From positions 70,155 to 134,154 of the IMG/VR virus record IMGVR_UViG_3300037487_001316: a stretch of DNA of 64,000 nucleotides. One strand, 5' to 3'. A program made the translations under genes and the position numbers. The stretch is from a virus. The notes under the pieces were generated by a model, which saw only the letters and a list, made by a program, of their open reading frames with translations, was not told the DNA's origin and did not search any database. Positions 35,138 to 45,490 of the stretch are shown here, piece by piece. Within the stretch, counting starts at the first letter, position 1. Each line of letters begins with the position of its first letter.

Positions 35138-38044
35138 ATGGATCAACGAGACGAATTTTCAAAATGGATGTCAGCGGTAGAGGAGGCCTTATCGAACGAA
35201 GGTAAAGAACTCGCAGAAGATGTACCAGCTGTCAACGAATGCGGATGCGGAAGTTGGGATTGTGCCACTTGCTTTCCTGCACAGGATGAAATGCCCGGTA
35301 TGAATGGTGCATTAGATGGGATGGGTGGACATAATCCAGATTCAGCTATTGTTATTGGTGGTGTAGATGTTGCCGAGCCTGGCGAAGAGGATATTTGCCC
35401 TACATGCGGCCACGATCATGCCGAACACGAACACGGTGATGAATTTGCCGCCAGCATCGATGACGGAATGAATGATATTCAGTCAGATGATTTTAGCGGT
35501 TTTGAAGAAGCTGGTATGTTTGACGAAGACGACGAAGAGTTAGACGCATTTAAAGCAGGCGGCGGCCAAATTCAGACAGGCAAATATCACGAACCTCGCA
35601 AATTAGAAAATCCGGGTTTCGGTAGCAGACATATAGGCAGTATAACAGGACAAGGATCAAGAGGCCAGCAGCGCGGCGCAGGCGCTAATGTAAGCACCAA
35701 GGACCGTAATGTTCTACCTGTTGTCGGTAGTGGAAAGAATACTGTTGATGAAGAAGATATGGATTTCGAACAAGAAGAAAAACCACGTTCTGGCAAGGGT
35801 GTTAAACTAGGCGACATTGTAACCAAGACAGAATTTAAGAAAACAGGCGGAGAAAATTCGCCCATGACATATGGTGATGATAACTTAGATGAAGAACCAA
35901 CTGGAATGGAAGTAAGTCAGCCCTTATTTGGTGAAGAAGATCCTAATGCTGATGATGCAATGGACATGATTTCGTCAATTAAGTATATGCAAGATATGGG
36001 TTTAAGTAAGGCATCACAATCTTACGATGAAAACAGACTAGCCAGCTTGAATATCGATCAGCTTAGAAAGTTCCATGACGAAGTTATGGGCGGTGTAACC
36101 AGTACTACATCTCAGGGTGGTCGATCAGTTAATACACCAACTGGAACAACTCATACAAATGCAGTTAAGGCTGATATGGGCATGGAGGAAGAAACAGATC
36201 CTGCGAAGCCTACTAGAACAAAAACCAAGAGCCATTTAGATGATTTAGATGATGTTCTTAATCCGAAACCTAGTCAACCATTAGCTAATTTTGGTGGAGA
36301 CGAAGAAGGTGGAGAAATTGCCCCGGAAAAACCTATGTCTTTACCGGTAGCATCTAGAGATGCTACACAGAGTAGACTTCGCAATATGAATCCGTCCGAT
36401 ACAATGCGTGACTACATGAATCGTATCAATCCAGATATGGGTGCAACTGAGCCTGATTTACCAGATACTCCGCAAAATGAATTAGTTGTTAGAACAGCAA
36501 GAGATGTTCCATCGGTTATAAGTAATGCTATGCAAGCATCAGGTATGCAAACACCGGAATGGCACAATGTTAATAACTTACCGGGTTTCCAAGATAGGAA
36601 TGTTCGTGGTATGGGTCGACAGGTATTTGGTATGTTTACAACCACGCCGGTAGAACAAATACAAACAATGGCTAATGTAGAGGGCCAAGGCCCGAATACA
36701 GATGCAGAAATGCGAGCTGTAGCAGGTTGGTTAAGAGATAATGCCGATGACTTGGGTGCAGTAGATTTAAGTCACGGGCAGGCTATTCCAGGTTATAGAC
36801 CAGATGTTAAAGAATATAGAGCAAATGGAGTAAGATTCCATGTTGTAAGAGATCCGATGGGACAATACATATATGCTTATCCAGATCAAGACGCAAGATT
36901 AGGAGGCCCTCCACGCGGTGGACAAGGCCGCGTAGGTAACGGCGGAAATATGCCAAGATTAGGCGAATCTACAAGGGAAGAAGACATGCAATTAAACTTG
37001 AGACCAACATTGTTTGAGCAACTAAAATGGGACGAAGAAATCAAAGCGATTTTAAAAGAATCTATCATAGAAGAAGATGATTTAGATGAAAGTTCTTTAA
37101 GTAAATTAATTGGCGACCAAAAAGGCGGCCAGAAACTTGTACAATGGTTACATAGAAAACATAAATTAGGCAATTTAGCAGATTTACAACCACAACCGTT
37201 CAACGAAAGAATGTTGTGGAAAGAATTTAAGCGTAATCCTGATAACTTTGTTGTGGTTGCTGCTACAGATGGTGTAGCTGGTATTAAACCATACGAGAAG
37301 ATGATTAGAGATAGAATGGAAGCAGCTAGAAAGAAAGGCAGAGAATATGATCCAGGCGGAGATAGTACGCTTCAATATCAGATTATTGCTTTTACCGGTG
37401 ATGGACAACAAGTTGATCCAGCATTACTACAGCCTGCTCCGGTGCCAGGCGAGGAAAGAGAAACTGATCCTACGGTAATGAAAGCGAGAATGGGTAAAAT
37501 TAGTGGAAAAGACACGCAAAACCCTGATAATGTTTTCAATCTATTAGCAGATCAAATTGGCGCATTAAGAACCGTATATTTTGCTGGTGGCGCAGTTGAA
37601 AGAGATAAGATGAAAGGCCGTGCTGACATGAAGAAGACAACGGATGTTAGCGAAGCAGATGCAGTGAAACAAATATTCAAGAGAGTTCGCCCTGTATTAA
37701 AGACATTAGCTAATCAAGCATTGAGCCAAATTAATAATAGAGCTAAACGATATATTGACGGCGGTAATTTTGAAGCTGCAACAAAGATTTCGCAGAGCGG
37801 TAATAAGTTAAAACAGTTTCTTGCTACTATTGACACTTCGGGAGATGTTAATCTTGATTCGAATTGGGGTAGTCAGACAAGAGACTTCACAAATCAAATT
37901 ACAAAAGCTGTGCAAGCTGCATCTGGTTCACGTCCTGGAACACCAGAGTATAAGGATTTCTTAACTAGAGCTGCTAGTGGTAGTTCAATGGAATTAAAGC
38001 CTGTATTAGATGCATTAAGAGATAATTTAGTAGCATTAACATAA
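35138..38044 (+). CDS. Large acidic modular putative internal head protein
   Basis: Late promoter at 35103, AAGGAG RBS, many [ILVF]-x-E motifs, Cys/His clusters near the N-terminus. Confidence 0.65.
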   Translation: MDQRDEFSKWMSAVEEALSNEGKELAEDVPAVNECGCGSWDCATCFPAQDEMPGMNGALDGMGGHNPDSAIVIGGVDVAEPGEEDICPTCGHDHAEHEHGDEFAASIDDGMNDIQSDDFSGFEEAGMFDEDDEELDAFKAGGGQIQTGKYHEPRKLENPGFGSRHIGSITGQGSRGQQRGAGANVSTKDRNVLPVVGSGKNTVDEEDMDFEQEEKPRSGKGVKLGDIVTKTEFKKTGGENSPMTYGDDNLDEEPTGMEVSQPLFGEEDPNADDAMDMISSIKYMQDMGLSKASQSYDENRLASLNIDQLRKFHDEVMGGVTSTTSQGGRSVNTPTGTTHTNAVKADMGMEEETDPAKPTRTKTKSHLDDLDDVLNPKPSQPLANFGGDEEGGEIAPEKPMSLPVASRDATQSRLRNMNPSDTMRDYMNRINPDMGATEPDLPDTPQNELVVRTARDVPSVISNAMQASGMQTPEWHNVNNLPGFQDRNVRGMGRQVFGMFTTTPVEQIQTMANVEGQGPNTDAEMRAVAGWLRDNADDLGAVDLSHGQAIPGYRPDVKEYRANGVRFHVVRDPMGQYIYAYPDQDARLGGPPRGGQGRVGNGGNMPRLGESTREEDMQLNLRPTLFEQLKWDEEIKAILKESIIEEDDLDESSLSKLIGDQKGGQKLVQWLHRKHKLGNLADLQPQPFNERMLWKEFKRNPDNFVVVAATDGVAGIKPYEKMIRDRMEAARKKGREYDPGGDSTLQYQIIAFTGDGQQVDPALLQPAPVPGEERETDPTVMKARMGKISGKDTQNPDNVFNLLADQIGALRTVYFAGGAVERDKMKGRADMKKTTDVSEADAVKQIFKRVRPVLKTLANQALSQINNRAKRYIDGGNFEAATKISQSGNKLKQFLATIDTSGDVNLDSNWGSQTRDFTNQITKAVQAASGSRPGTPEYKDFLTRAASGSSMELKPVLDALRDNLVALT

Positions 38045-39696
38045 TGAGTTATCTTAAGTCTCTTATTGAAGCCATTCTTAACGAAGCTGTTGCCTTAACA
38101 AAAGGTAGCCAGCGAGTATTAAATGACAAAAATTTAGTACTTAATCTTGCGGATGCTATCAGAGATGATTCACGTTCACACCCAGCAGCATTTCCTCCGG
38201 GGTTCAATAGAACATCTCAAAAGGCACCAGATCAACAGTTAGCAGAATGGTTCCTTGAAAATATTGATAAGATTGAGCGAGAAGGGTATGATGGTATTAT
38301 TTATTCAAGAGATGGTGTTAATAGTGAATGGATAGCAAGACGTTACATCGCAGGCAGTCATAATTGGGAAGATTTAACAGGCGTTATGAATATGAATCTA
38401 TGCGATTGGTATTTGTTGAAGAATCGCAATATGTTAGATCCAAATCACAAGGATTTACCGAAGTTTAATAGTGTTCGCGATATCGGCTATTATATGACTA
38501 CTCACTATAAAGATAAGTTAGAGAAACTTAGAGATGCATCCAAGAATGCTGCCAGAAATAAAATGGCTAAAAGTGTTAAACTTATTGACAATGACGATTA
38601 TAGAGTTTACACAACATTAAATAGAGCCGCCGGATGTGCATTGGGATTAGGAACACAATGGTGTACAGCTAATTCAGCCAGTGGTATGCATTACCATAGT
38701 TATAGTAATAGAGCTATGTTGTTTCAGCTATTTCCTTATGTGAAAGAAAAAGATAAGGAAGGTAAACTTACTAATGTGAAAGACGAAGACGGTAAAAAGG
38801 AATTAGATCAGAATGAAAAATATCAATTTGATGCGGGTGGCCCCAATTTCATGGATGTTACAGATCGGCCAGCGAGTGCTAAAGTCGTTTCAGAAAAATT
38901 TCCGTTTCTCTTTACCGATTTAGCTTCTGCATTGAAAGAGAAGAAGCTACAGATGGAAAAAGCCTTTGCTGATCTATCGCAGGACCCGACATTACAGGCT
39001 GATGACTTTAAAATTAAGACATACGAAATAGATGACGAAATAGAAAAACTGCATAAATTTGTAGATAGAGGATATTTTACAGATCAAGTTCGTAAGAAAG
39101 AAAAACCTGCAGATGAATTACCTGTTGAGCAATTACCGCAGATACAGGTTGAAGAAGAAGATCCATTAGACACAGGTGCAGATTTAGGATCAATGGGCGG
39201 CGGTGCTGGCCCAACTGGAGGTGGACAATATCCACCGGGCACAGCACCAACAATGCCGGAATCATTTAATCATAAAGGAAAAGAGATCATGGAAAATGTA
39301 GATAAAGATGTAGCAGCAATGCTTGGTAATTTAAAGAAGTATGACAAATTAGTCGAATCGTGCGCTCCGGTGCTAATGGCTCGTCCAAAGCCTTATGTGG
39401 CTGAAGAGAAAAAGGTTGAAGACAATGTAGAAGAATCCGAAGAAGAAAAATTAGAAGAGGAAGAAGATAAGAAAAAAAATAAAAATCCGTGGGAAGATCT
39501 CGGAAAAGATAAAGAAGAAGAGGAAGCAACGCCGGGCACCGAAACTACTACTCATAAAGGTGGTAAAGTAACTAAGACAAAAACGGGTCTAGTTCATAAG
39601 AAAGTAGATGAATCCGCCGATATTGCAGATCCGGAAATTCTTGAATGGATGAGTCGTTTCTCTAAACTCGGTAATATGAAAGGCTACGGTCGTTAA
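38044..39696 (+). CDS. Putative internal head protein with GTxWC-motif domain
   Basis: MSYLKSLIEAILNE start; LGLGTQWCTA...KYQF domain; acidic tail with VEES/LEEE/VDES. Confidence 0.6.
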   Translation: MSYLKSLIEAILNEAVALTKGSQRVLNDKNLVLNLADAIRDDSRSHPAAFPPGFNRTSQKAPDQQLAEWFLENIDKIEREGYDGIIYSRDGVNSEWIARRYIAGSHNWEDLTGVMNMNLCDWYLLKNRNMLDPNHKDLPKFNSVRDIGYYMTTHYKDKLEKLRDASKNAARNKMAKSVKLIDNDDYRVYTTLNRAAGCALGLGTQWCTANSASGMHYHSYSNRAMLFQLFPYVKEKDKEGKLTNVKDEDGKKELDQNEKYQFDAGGPNFMDVTDRPASAKVVSEKFPFLFTDLASALKEKKLQMEKAFADLSQDPTLQADDFKIKTYEIDDEIEKLHKFVDRGYFTDQVRKKEKPADELPVEQLPQIQVEEEDPLDTGADLGSMGGGAGPTGGGQYPPGTAPTMPESFNHKGKEIMENVDKDVAAMLGNLKKYDKLVESCAPVLMARPKPYVAEEKKVEDNVEESEEEKLEEEEDKKKNKNPWEDLGKDKEEEEATPGTETTTHKGGKVTKTKTGLVHKKVDESADIADPEILEWMSRFSKLGNMKGYGR

Positions 39697-39697
39697 T

Positions 39698-39961
39698 ATG
39701 AACTTAGATGAATTTTCGAGAGGTAAGAAAAAGCCGATACCCGAAGCAACAGGCGATGCCAAGTTTGATAATATGCTCGGAAAAATTGCTGGCAATACGG
39801 AACCGCAAGGATTTGATGGTGCCAGAGCAGAAAGAGTTAAAGCTAGTGCAGAAAATCCGTCAGATGAAACCATTGATGCGTTAAATGAGATGATGTTCAA
39901 TATGCATAAATCTATGCAGACCGCGAATGCATTATTACAGAAATTAACACGCGGTAGATAA
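39698..39961 (+). CDS. Small putative internal head protein
   Basis: MNLDEF start; IPE-ATGDAKFD module. Confidence 0.55.
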   Translation: MNLDEFSRGKKKPIPEATGDAKFDNMLGKIAGNTEPQGFDGARAERVKASAENPSDETIDALNEMMFNMHKSMQTANALLQKLTRGR

Positions 39962-39976
39962 TATCTATTTCTCCAC

Positions 39977-40000
39977 ATAATGGCACTGCGGTGCCATTAT
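39977..40000. terminator. Hairpin, probable terminator
   Basis: ATAATGGCAC-TGCG-GTGCCATTAT. Confidence 0.55.
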
Positions 40001-40014
40001 TCTTGGCTGAATGT

Positions 40015-40043
40015 TTGACTTTCGTGTAAGTAAGCATTATACT
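40015..40043 (+). promoter_or_regulatory. Sigma70-like promoter
   Basis: TTGACT-17-TATACT. Confidence 0.7.
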
Positions 40044-40065
40044 TAAGTTTAACGGAGAAGATTGA

Positions 40066-40842
40066 ATGTCACATAAAGAAGAATTTTTACAGAGTTGTCT
40101 TATTTTAGATACAGAGACCACTGGAAAAGATTACAAGACCGCTGAAATTATTGAAGCAGGATTTGTTATCCGCGAAGATAATAATTGGACAATCTTCCAA
40201 GAATTACATAAACCAATTGATGGTCCAATTCCGGCTATGGTAGAATCTATTTGTTATATTACAAATAAGATGGTAGAAGATAAATCAACCTTCATAGATT
40301 CGAGCGATACATTCCGTTCGGTAATAGACGGATACTCAAATGGCTATCTTGTAGCCCACAATCACTTTTATGATATGCGAGTATTAGAAAGACACAGTAT
40401 CAATACAGAAAATCATACCTGGTTATGCACCTGGCGTATGTCAAAGAAATTATTCAACGGAATGGAAGGTATCGAAAATACAAATCTACCTTATTTGCGT
40501 TTTGCACTAGGTTTAGATGTCCCAATTGAATTACATTGCCATAGAGCAGGTAACGATTCCTTTATTACAGGGAAATTGTTAGAAGCATTAATTGATCTAA
40601 TGGAATCCATCGGTTTACTTAATTTAGAAGAGCCATATGGTCCACAAATTATAAAATGGTTGGCTGAACCTGTAATATATGATAGATTCCCGTTTGGTAA
40701 ACACAAAGGTGAATTATTAACTGATATTCCGCATAGCTACTGGCAATGGGCAATGAAGAATACAGATTGGTTCAACGAAGAAGCAGATAATTTCGATCCC
40801 GATTTAGCCGCAAGTATTCACAAGGCATTAGGAATCGAATAA
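40066..40842 (+). CDS. DEDDh 3'-5' exonuclease (ExoX/DnaQ-like)
   Basis: LDTETTG, VAHN..YD and HRA..D motifs; C-terminal PFGKHKG domain. Confidence 0.88.
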   Translation: MSHKEEFLQSCLILDTETTGKDYKTAEIIEAGFVIREDNNWTIFQELHKPIDGPIPAMVESICYITNKMVEDKSTFIDSSDTFRSVIDGYSNGYLVAHNHFYDMRVLERHSINTENHTWLCTWRMSKKLFNGMEGIENTNLPYLRFALGLDVPIELHCHRAGNDSFITGKLLEALIDLMESIGLLNLEEPYGPQIIKWLAEPVIYDRFPFGKHKGELLTDIPHSYWQWAMKNTDWFNEEADNFDPDLAASIHKALGIE

Positions 40843-40903
40843 GACTTACAATTTAGTCGATGCATAAGGCATTAAAAATTGAAAATAAACTAAAGGAAAA
40901 TAT

Positions 40904-41089
40904 ATGTCAACATTACAATCGATCAGAGATGCTGTAGCAGCATTGGAAGTAGATGATGCAAAGTTTGTGGCTGGTAATGCCGCAGCAGGCACTCGTGCTC
41001 GTAAGGCATTGGGTGACTTAGCTAAGTTAGCTAAGGCTCGTCGTGCAGAAATTACTACTGAAAAGAACGCACGAAAAGAAGCAAAATAA
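40904..41089 (+). CDS. Histone H1-like (Hc1-type) small DNA-binding protein
   Basis: KF..GN.AAGTRARKAL..L.KL.K..R.EI pattern; AAGGA RBS. Confidence 0.75.
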   Translation: MSTLQSIRDAVAALEVDDAKFVAGNAAAGTRARKALGDLAKLAKARRAEITTEKNARKEAK

Positions 41090-41479
41090 TTATTGCCCGT
41101 TATTGTTTCGGGCACCGTCCATGGTCTGCGATGCAAGCATCCTATTAGGGTTTGTTTCGTAGTCTTGGACATTATGATTATACGGCAATCCTGCAGCGGC
41201 AAGAGCATGTTGTAATCCTCTGTAACCAGGGGATTGAAGTTTGCTTTCCTTCGGTGCATTAGTGTATGCTGGCTGTGGCTTGTCTACCGGCTTTGTAAAA
41301 ATAGGTACTATGTCCTCGTTGAACCACTTTTTAAAGTATTCATCGTAGTATTTAGAATTCTTTTCTTGATACTTAACGACTTCGGGGTTATAGAACTTTT
41401 CATAATCGTGCCCTGCTTCTTTATAGAAGCGAGCAACAACATCGGTGGGTGATTCTAACAAAATATCTTTTATCTTCAT
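41090..41479 (-). CDS. Putative internal head protein, leaderless late gene
   Basis: [10 protein letters not shown] start, 5 nt after a minus-strand GATAAATA (41485-41492). Confidence 0.7.
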   Translation of the reverse strand: MKIKDILLESPTDVVARFYKEAGHDYEKFYNPEVVKYQEKNSKYYDEYFKKWFNEDIVPIFTKPVDKPQPAYTNAPKESKLQSPGYRGLQHALAAAGLPYNHNVQDYETNPNRMLASQTMDGARNNNGQ

Positions 41480-41506
41480 ATCATTATTTATCATAGGAAA
41501 ACAAAA

Positions 41507-42103
41507 ATGCAAAATGCTTTGATCCCAATGGTCGTAGAACAGACCGCTCGCGGCGAACGCTCTTACGATCTTTATTCTCGTTTAATGAAGGAACGAGTAG
41601 TTTTCTTTACTGGAGAAGTAGAGACTCATATGTGTAATATTATCGTTGCACAACTTCTATTTTTGGAAGCAGAGAATCCAGAACAGCCGATAAATATGTA
41701 TGTAAACTCTCCAGGTGGCAGTGTTTATGATGGTTTAGCAGTGTATGATGTTATGCAATATATCAAATGCCCGGTAGCAACTTATGTTACAGGAATGGCA
41801 GCTAGTATGGGCAGTTTTATCGCCCAAGCAGGTGCACCAGGCATGCGTTATTTATTGCCCCGCGCCATTACAATGATTCATCAACCGTCTTCGGGAACTA
41901 GAGGTAAAGTTTCCGATATGGAAATTGATTTAATTGAGAGTCTTCGTATTAAGAAAGAAATGACCGAACTTTATGTAAAGCACAATTCTAGAGGCACTAC
42001 ATACGAACGATTTGCAGAACTTATGGATAGAGACAAATGGTTGACAGCGCCGCAGGCTTTAGAGCTTGGTCTAGCAGATCATATTGTTGAAAAGAGAGTA
42101 TGA
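41507..42103 (+). CDS. clpP: ClpP protease subunit
   Basis: [25 protein letters not shown] (Ser), MIHQP (His) and DRD (Asp). Confidence 0.96.
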   Translation: MQNALIPMVVEQTARGERSYDLYSRLMKERVVFFTGEVETHMCNIIVAQLLFLEAENPEQPINMYVNSPGGSVYDGLAVYDVMQYIKCPVATYVTGMAASMGSFIAQAGAPGMRYLLPRAITMIHQPSSGTRGKVSDMEIDLIESLRIKKEMTELYVKHNSRGTTYERFAELMDRDKWLTAPQALELGLADHIVEKRV

Positions 42104-42420
42104 TAAAGATTTCTGATAAAGCAAGAAAAAGAATGATAGGAGTATTAAATGATGAAAAATCTCCTATCTTACGATTTGGCCTGCAAGGCGGCGGTTGCAA
42201 CGGGTTCAGTTATTTCTTCTCGGTAGAAACAAGCCAAGAAGAAGATGATTTTGAATATGCACTAGATGATACTCATAAACTCGTTGTAGATGCAGCAAGT
42301 AATATGTATCTTGATGATGCCGAAATTGATTTCAAGAAAGATCTTATGGGTGAATCCTTTGTCTTTAATAATCCAAATGTAAAGAATACCTGCGGATGTG
42401 GGAGTAGTGTCGCCTTTTGA
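42100..42420 (+). CDS. A-type Fe-S carrier (IscA/ErpA/HesB family)
   Basis: GGGCNGFSY...NPN...CGCGSS. Confidence 0.92.
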   Translation: MIKISDKARKRMIGVLNDEKSPILRFGLQGGGCNGFSYFFSVETSQEEDDFEYALDDTHKLVVDAASNMYLDDAEIDFKKDLMGESFVFNNPNVKNTCGCGSSVAF

Positions 42421-42449
42421 TAAGTATGTTATACTACAAAGGATAACAT

Positions 42450-43175
42450 ATGGGCGTACCATCAAAGGCTCTTTTAGGCGTGGAAGGAATTAGAGCTGTA
42501 TACGAGTACGGACTAGGTTGGCTATTAAATATGCCTCTACAATTTATTTCACCAAAAGGGGACGGACACCCTGTAATAGTCCTACCAGGCCTAGGAACAG
42601 CAGATGGTTCTACTCATTATATTCGCGGTTTCTTACATGATTTAGGTTATGATACACATCCGTGGGGATTAGGGAGAAATCTCGGCCCGCGTCATGGTAT
42701 AGATAAACTACTTAATCAACTTATTGAACGCATACAGGTAATCTCCGACCAAGCCAGCGGCCAACAAGTTAGTATAATCGGTTGGAGTCTGGGTGGCATC
42801 TATGGAAGAGAAATTGCTAAGACAATACCCGATATTGTTAGGCAGGTAATTACTTTAGGTACCCCATTTAAGGGCGGTGATAGAACAAATGCTGCCTATC
42901 TATATGAATTATTGAGTAAAGATCACAGCCATAGAGATCCGGAAATAATTAAAAAGATTTCTACCCCGCCGTCTGTACCATTTACATCAATCTATAGTAA
43001 AACAGATGGTGTAGTTCATTGGGAATGTTCTATCGAGGATGAGGGTCCTATAAGCGAGAACATTGAGATCCCGGGCGCAAGTCATTTAGGATTAGGACAT
43101 AACCCTATGGCAATGTATGTTATAGCAAACAGATTAACACAGAAGAAAGAATCATGGATGCCTTATAAAGAATAA
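42450..43175 (+). CDS. Alpha/beta hydrolase (lipase/esterase-like)
   Basis: VLPG, GWSLGG, LGTP, DGVV and SHLG motifs. Confidence 0.88.
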   Translation: MGVPSKALLGVEGIRAVYEYGLGWLLNMPLQFISPKGDGHPVIVLPGLGTADGSTHYIRGFLHDLGYDTHPWGLGRNLGPRHGIDKLLNQLIERIQVISDQASGQQVSIIGWSLGGIYGREIAKTIPDIVRQVITLGTPFKGGDRTNAAYLYELLSKDHSHRDPEIIKKISTPPSVPFTSIYSKTDGVVHWECSIEDEGPISENIEIPGASHLGLGHNPMAMYVIANRLTQKKESWMPYKE

Positions 43176-43194
43176 GGATAATTTACAACCAATC

Positions 43195-43216
43195 AAGCCG
43201 GCCTAGTGCCGGCTTT
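43195..43216 (+). terminator. Rho-independent terminator
   Basis: AAGCCGGC-CTAGT-GCCGGCTT followed by TT. Confidence 0.8.
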
Positions 43217-43232
43217 TGTTTTGCTGTCAAAG

Positions 43233-43261
43233 TTGACAAAGTGTGAGTAAAATGCTACACT
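43233..43261 (+). promoter_or_regulatory. Sigma70-like promoter
   Basis: TTGACA-17-TACACT with TGn extension. Confidence 0.75.
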
Positions 43262-43286
43262 CGTATAACTTAGTACAGGAGAATAT

Positions 43287-43526
43287 ATGGATAAAAATAA
43301 GTATGTACCGATGAATGAGTTGATTCGGGATAAAGATACTACATGGACTTTCACTCATTTAAATATTCCGTATTTTGAAATTGCTAAGAGGGGCATTGTT
43401 GTATGGTGTGTTAAAAATTTAGAAGGCCGTTGGACTATGTTGGGCGGTAATAAATTTGGGTTCGAAGACGGTACCGATGCAACAATGTTTAAGATTCAAT
43501 TCGGCCTTGGTGCTGAAATAACATAG
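43287..43526 (+). CDS. Hypothetical protein (F-x-F-x-x-x-x-D-A-x-x-F family)
   Basis: WC...GRW...FGFEDGTDATMFK. Confidence 0.7.
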   Translation: MDKNKYVPMNELIRDKDTTWTFTHLNIPYFEIAKRGIVVWCVKNLEGRWTMLGGNKFGFEDGTDATMFKIQFGLGAEIT

Positions 43527-43534
43527 AATATATT

Positions 43535-43852
43535 ATGTCCTCAAATCAATCAAACAGTGTTGATATCTATACGCTTGAAAGTTTACTTAGATCGTATGCT
43601 GTTCTAACCAATATTAAGGTAGAACAAGATATGCATAATGTTACGGTAAACTACATGAATCATGCATTTCCGGGCCGCACTCGATCTATAAAGATGGATT
43701 TAAATTTTTATTCTAAGGATTCATTATTACAATTCACAGAAGATCTAAATCGCTTAGAAGAACTAAAGGAAGATACTCGTATTATACGGAACAATCCAAC
43801 AGTTAAGCGAGCCTACGAAGAATATCAACTTTTATTAAAACTATCAAAATAA
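43535..43852 (+). CDS. Hypothetical protein
   Basis: ORF; C-terminal NPTVKRAYEEYQLLLKL. Confidence 0.7.
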   Translation: MSSNQSNSVDIYTLESLLRSYAVLTNIKVEQDMHNVTVNYMNHAFPGRTRSIKMDLNFYSKDSLLQFTEDLNRLEELKEDTRIIRNNPTVKRAYEEYQLLLKLSK

Positions 43853-43855
43853 TTA

Positions 43856-45028
43856 ATGCTAAATATTGCCAAAACTATATATGCTGCTTGGGACATAACC
43901 GCAGCAAATCAAAAATACGAATTACCTGAAGCAGAAGTTATACCATTAGGTGAATCGGCAAACGAAAAAAAGAAACTTGCTAAAGTAACACAAAAATATC
44001 CTAATATAGCAGAGCATGATAATATTCCTTTGCCCGGATTCACACTTCATAAGACTGATCGCAGAAATTGGGGTTCAATTGATCAAACTTGGCTAGTAAT
44101 TGATCCTAGGGGATTCTTAGTCAGAATTAGTTCTAAGAATCTCGAGGACATATTACATGTAACAGGTATCACGGAAGGGCTGATTCAGCAGAAGTGTGTT
44201 TGGGCAAGAGATAATACCGAAACTAAAATGATACTTGTACCAGTGAGTGCTAAGAACTATACTGAGGCTGTAGAAAATACTGAAATTTTTGAGAATAAGG
44301 TAGATATGAAGGATGTACAGATTGGTGATACTGTATTACTTCAAAATACATTAACGGGAACATATATGGGTGTAGCATCACTATATGGCCCGTTAAATGA
44401 TTATTCCAGAACACCTGATTATGCACCACAATCATTCTTGCGTAGGCAGATTATCGAAGTTGCTCCGGGACAATATTTTTATCAAACTGATTTAAAAATT
44501 CTTAAGGTAGTTAAAAAAGCAGATGTTGTTATAACACGAGAAGAAGCAGTCAGTAAGATGAATAACCAAATTTCTATGGCAAATTCATATTTTAGCAGTT
44601 TACCGCAGATGACAGGTAATTACTACGGTACAAGCGGGATGATTAGATTAGTATCAACGAGTGCGGTCCCTAAGGTGTCAATGACTTTTGAGGAAATTGA
44701 TGAGGTAGAAGCAACTAATCTTTATAATCAATCTTATATGACAACAGATTTCGGGGCTTTATTATTAGAAAATTCAAAAGGTGAAAGATTTGTAATTGAC
44801 TTTCCATATAGTTTTTCGTCGAGCGCCAGCGCATTATCTAGTATCAACAGTTTTAAGATTTCTAAATTATTATCTTGTTCATTAGATAAGACAGAAAAGA
44901 TTTCGTTGTATGATAAGAAAAGATCGACATTTGGTTATAGTAAGAATTTAGAACCAACCCATGGATTAGATAAGTTTACAAAATATTACAAAATAGTAAA
45001 ACACGTTAAGAATGACACATATATTTAA
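43856..45028 (+). CDS. Hypothetical protein
   Basis: ORF with a DPRGF...I motif. Confidence 0.7.
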   Translation: MLNIAKTIYAAWDITAANQKYELPEAEVIPLGESANEKKKLAKVTQKYPNIAEHDNIPLPGFTLHKTDRRNWGSIDQTWLVIDPRGFLVRISSKNLEDILHVTGITEGLIQQKCVWARDNTETKMILVPVSAKNYTEAVENTEIFENKVDMKDVQIGDTVLLQNTLTGTYMGVASLYGPLNDYSRTPDYAPQSFLRRQIIEVAPGQYFYQTDLKILKVVKKADVVITREEAVSKMNNQISMANSYFSSLPQMTGNYYGTSGMIRLVSTSAVPKVSMTFEEIDEVEATNLYNQSYMTTDFGALLLENSKGERFVIDFPYSFSSSASALSSINSFKISKLLSCSLDKTEKISLYDKKRSTFGYSKNLEPTHGLDKFTKYYKIVKHVKNDTYI

Positions 45029-45037
45029 GGAAAAGAA

Positions 45038-45490
45038 ATGACAAAAAAAATTGATTTAAACAGATACACTAAATTTGTAGAAGGTGTAACAAGTACAGCA
45101 AGTAATGATCTAACAACCTTTATGGATTCGTTAGATAGGGTTGATGCAAATTTCGAAGTGTTTGATGGAGGGGCAACTGCTAAACATGGACCAGATGTTA
45201 ATGTACCATTGCTTATTACAGCAGCAATGGGTATGTCTGGCGAGACAGGTGAGTTTTCTGAAATCGTAAAGAAAATTCTATTTCATGGTAAAAATCTTGA
45301 TACAGATACACATAAGCATTTACAGAAGGAATTAGGTGATATAATTTGGTATTGGACAAATGCCTGCAGAGCGTTAGGTGTGGACCCAGATCAAGTCATT
45401 GCTGATAATGTATCTAAATTGGAATCACGCTACCCGGGCGGTAAGTTTGATGCATTCTATAGTGAAAATAGGAAAGACGGTGACATCTGA
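45038..45490 (+). CDS. mazG: MazG-like NTP pyrophosphohydrolase
   Basis: GETGEFSEIVKK, KELGDIIWY and NVSKLESRY motifs. Confidence 0.88.
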   Translation: MTKKIDLNRYTKFVEGVTSTASNDLTTFMDSLDRVDANFEVFDGGATAKHGPDVNVPLLITAAMGMSGETGEFSEIVKKILFHGKNLDTDTHKHLQKELGDIIWYWTNACRALGVDPDQVIADNVSKLESRYPGGKFDAFYSENRKDGDI

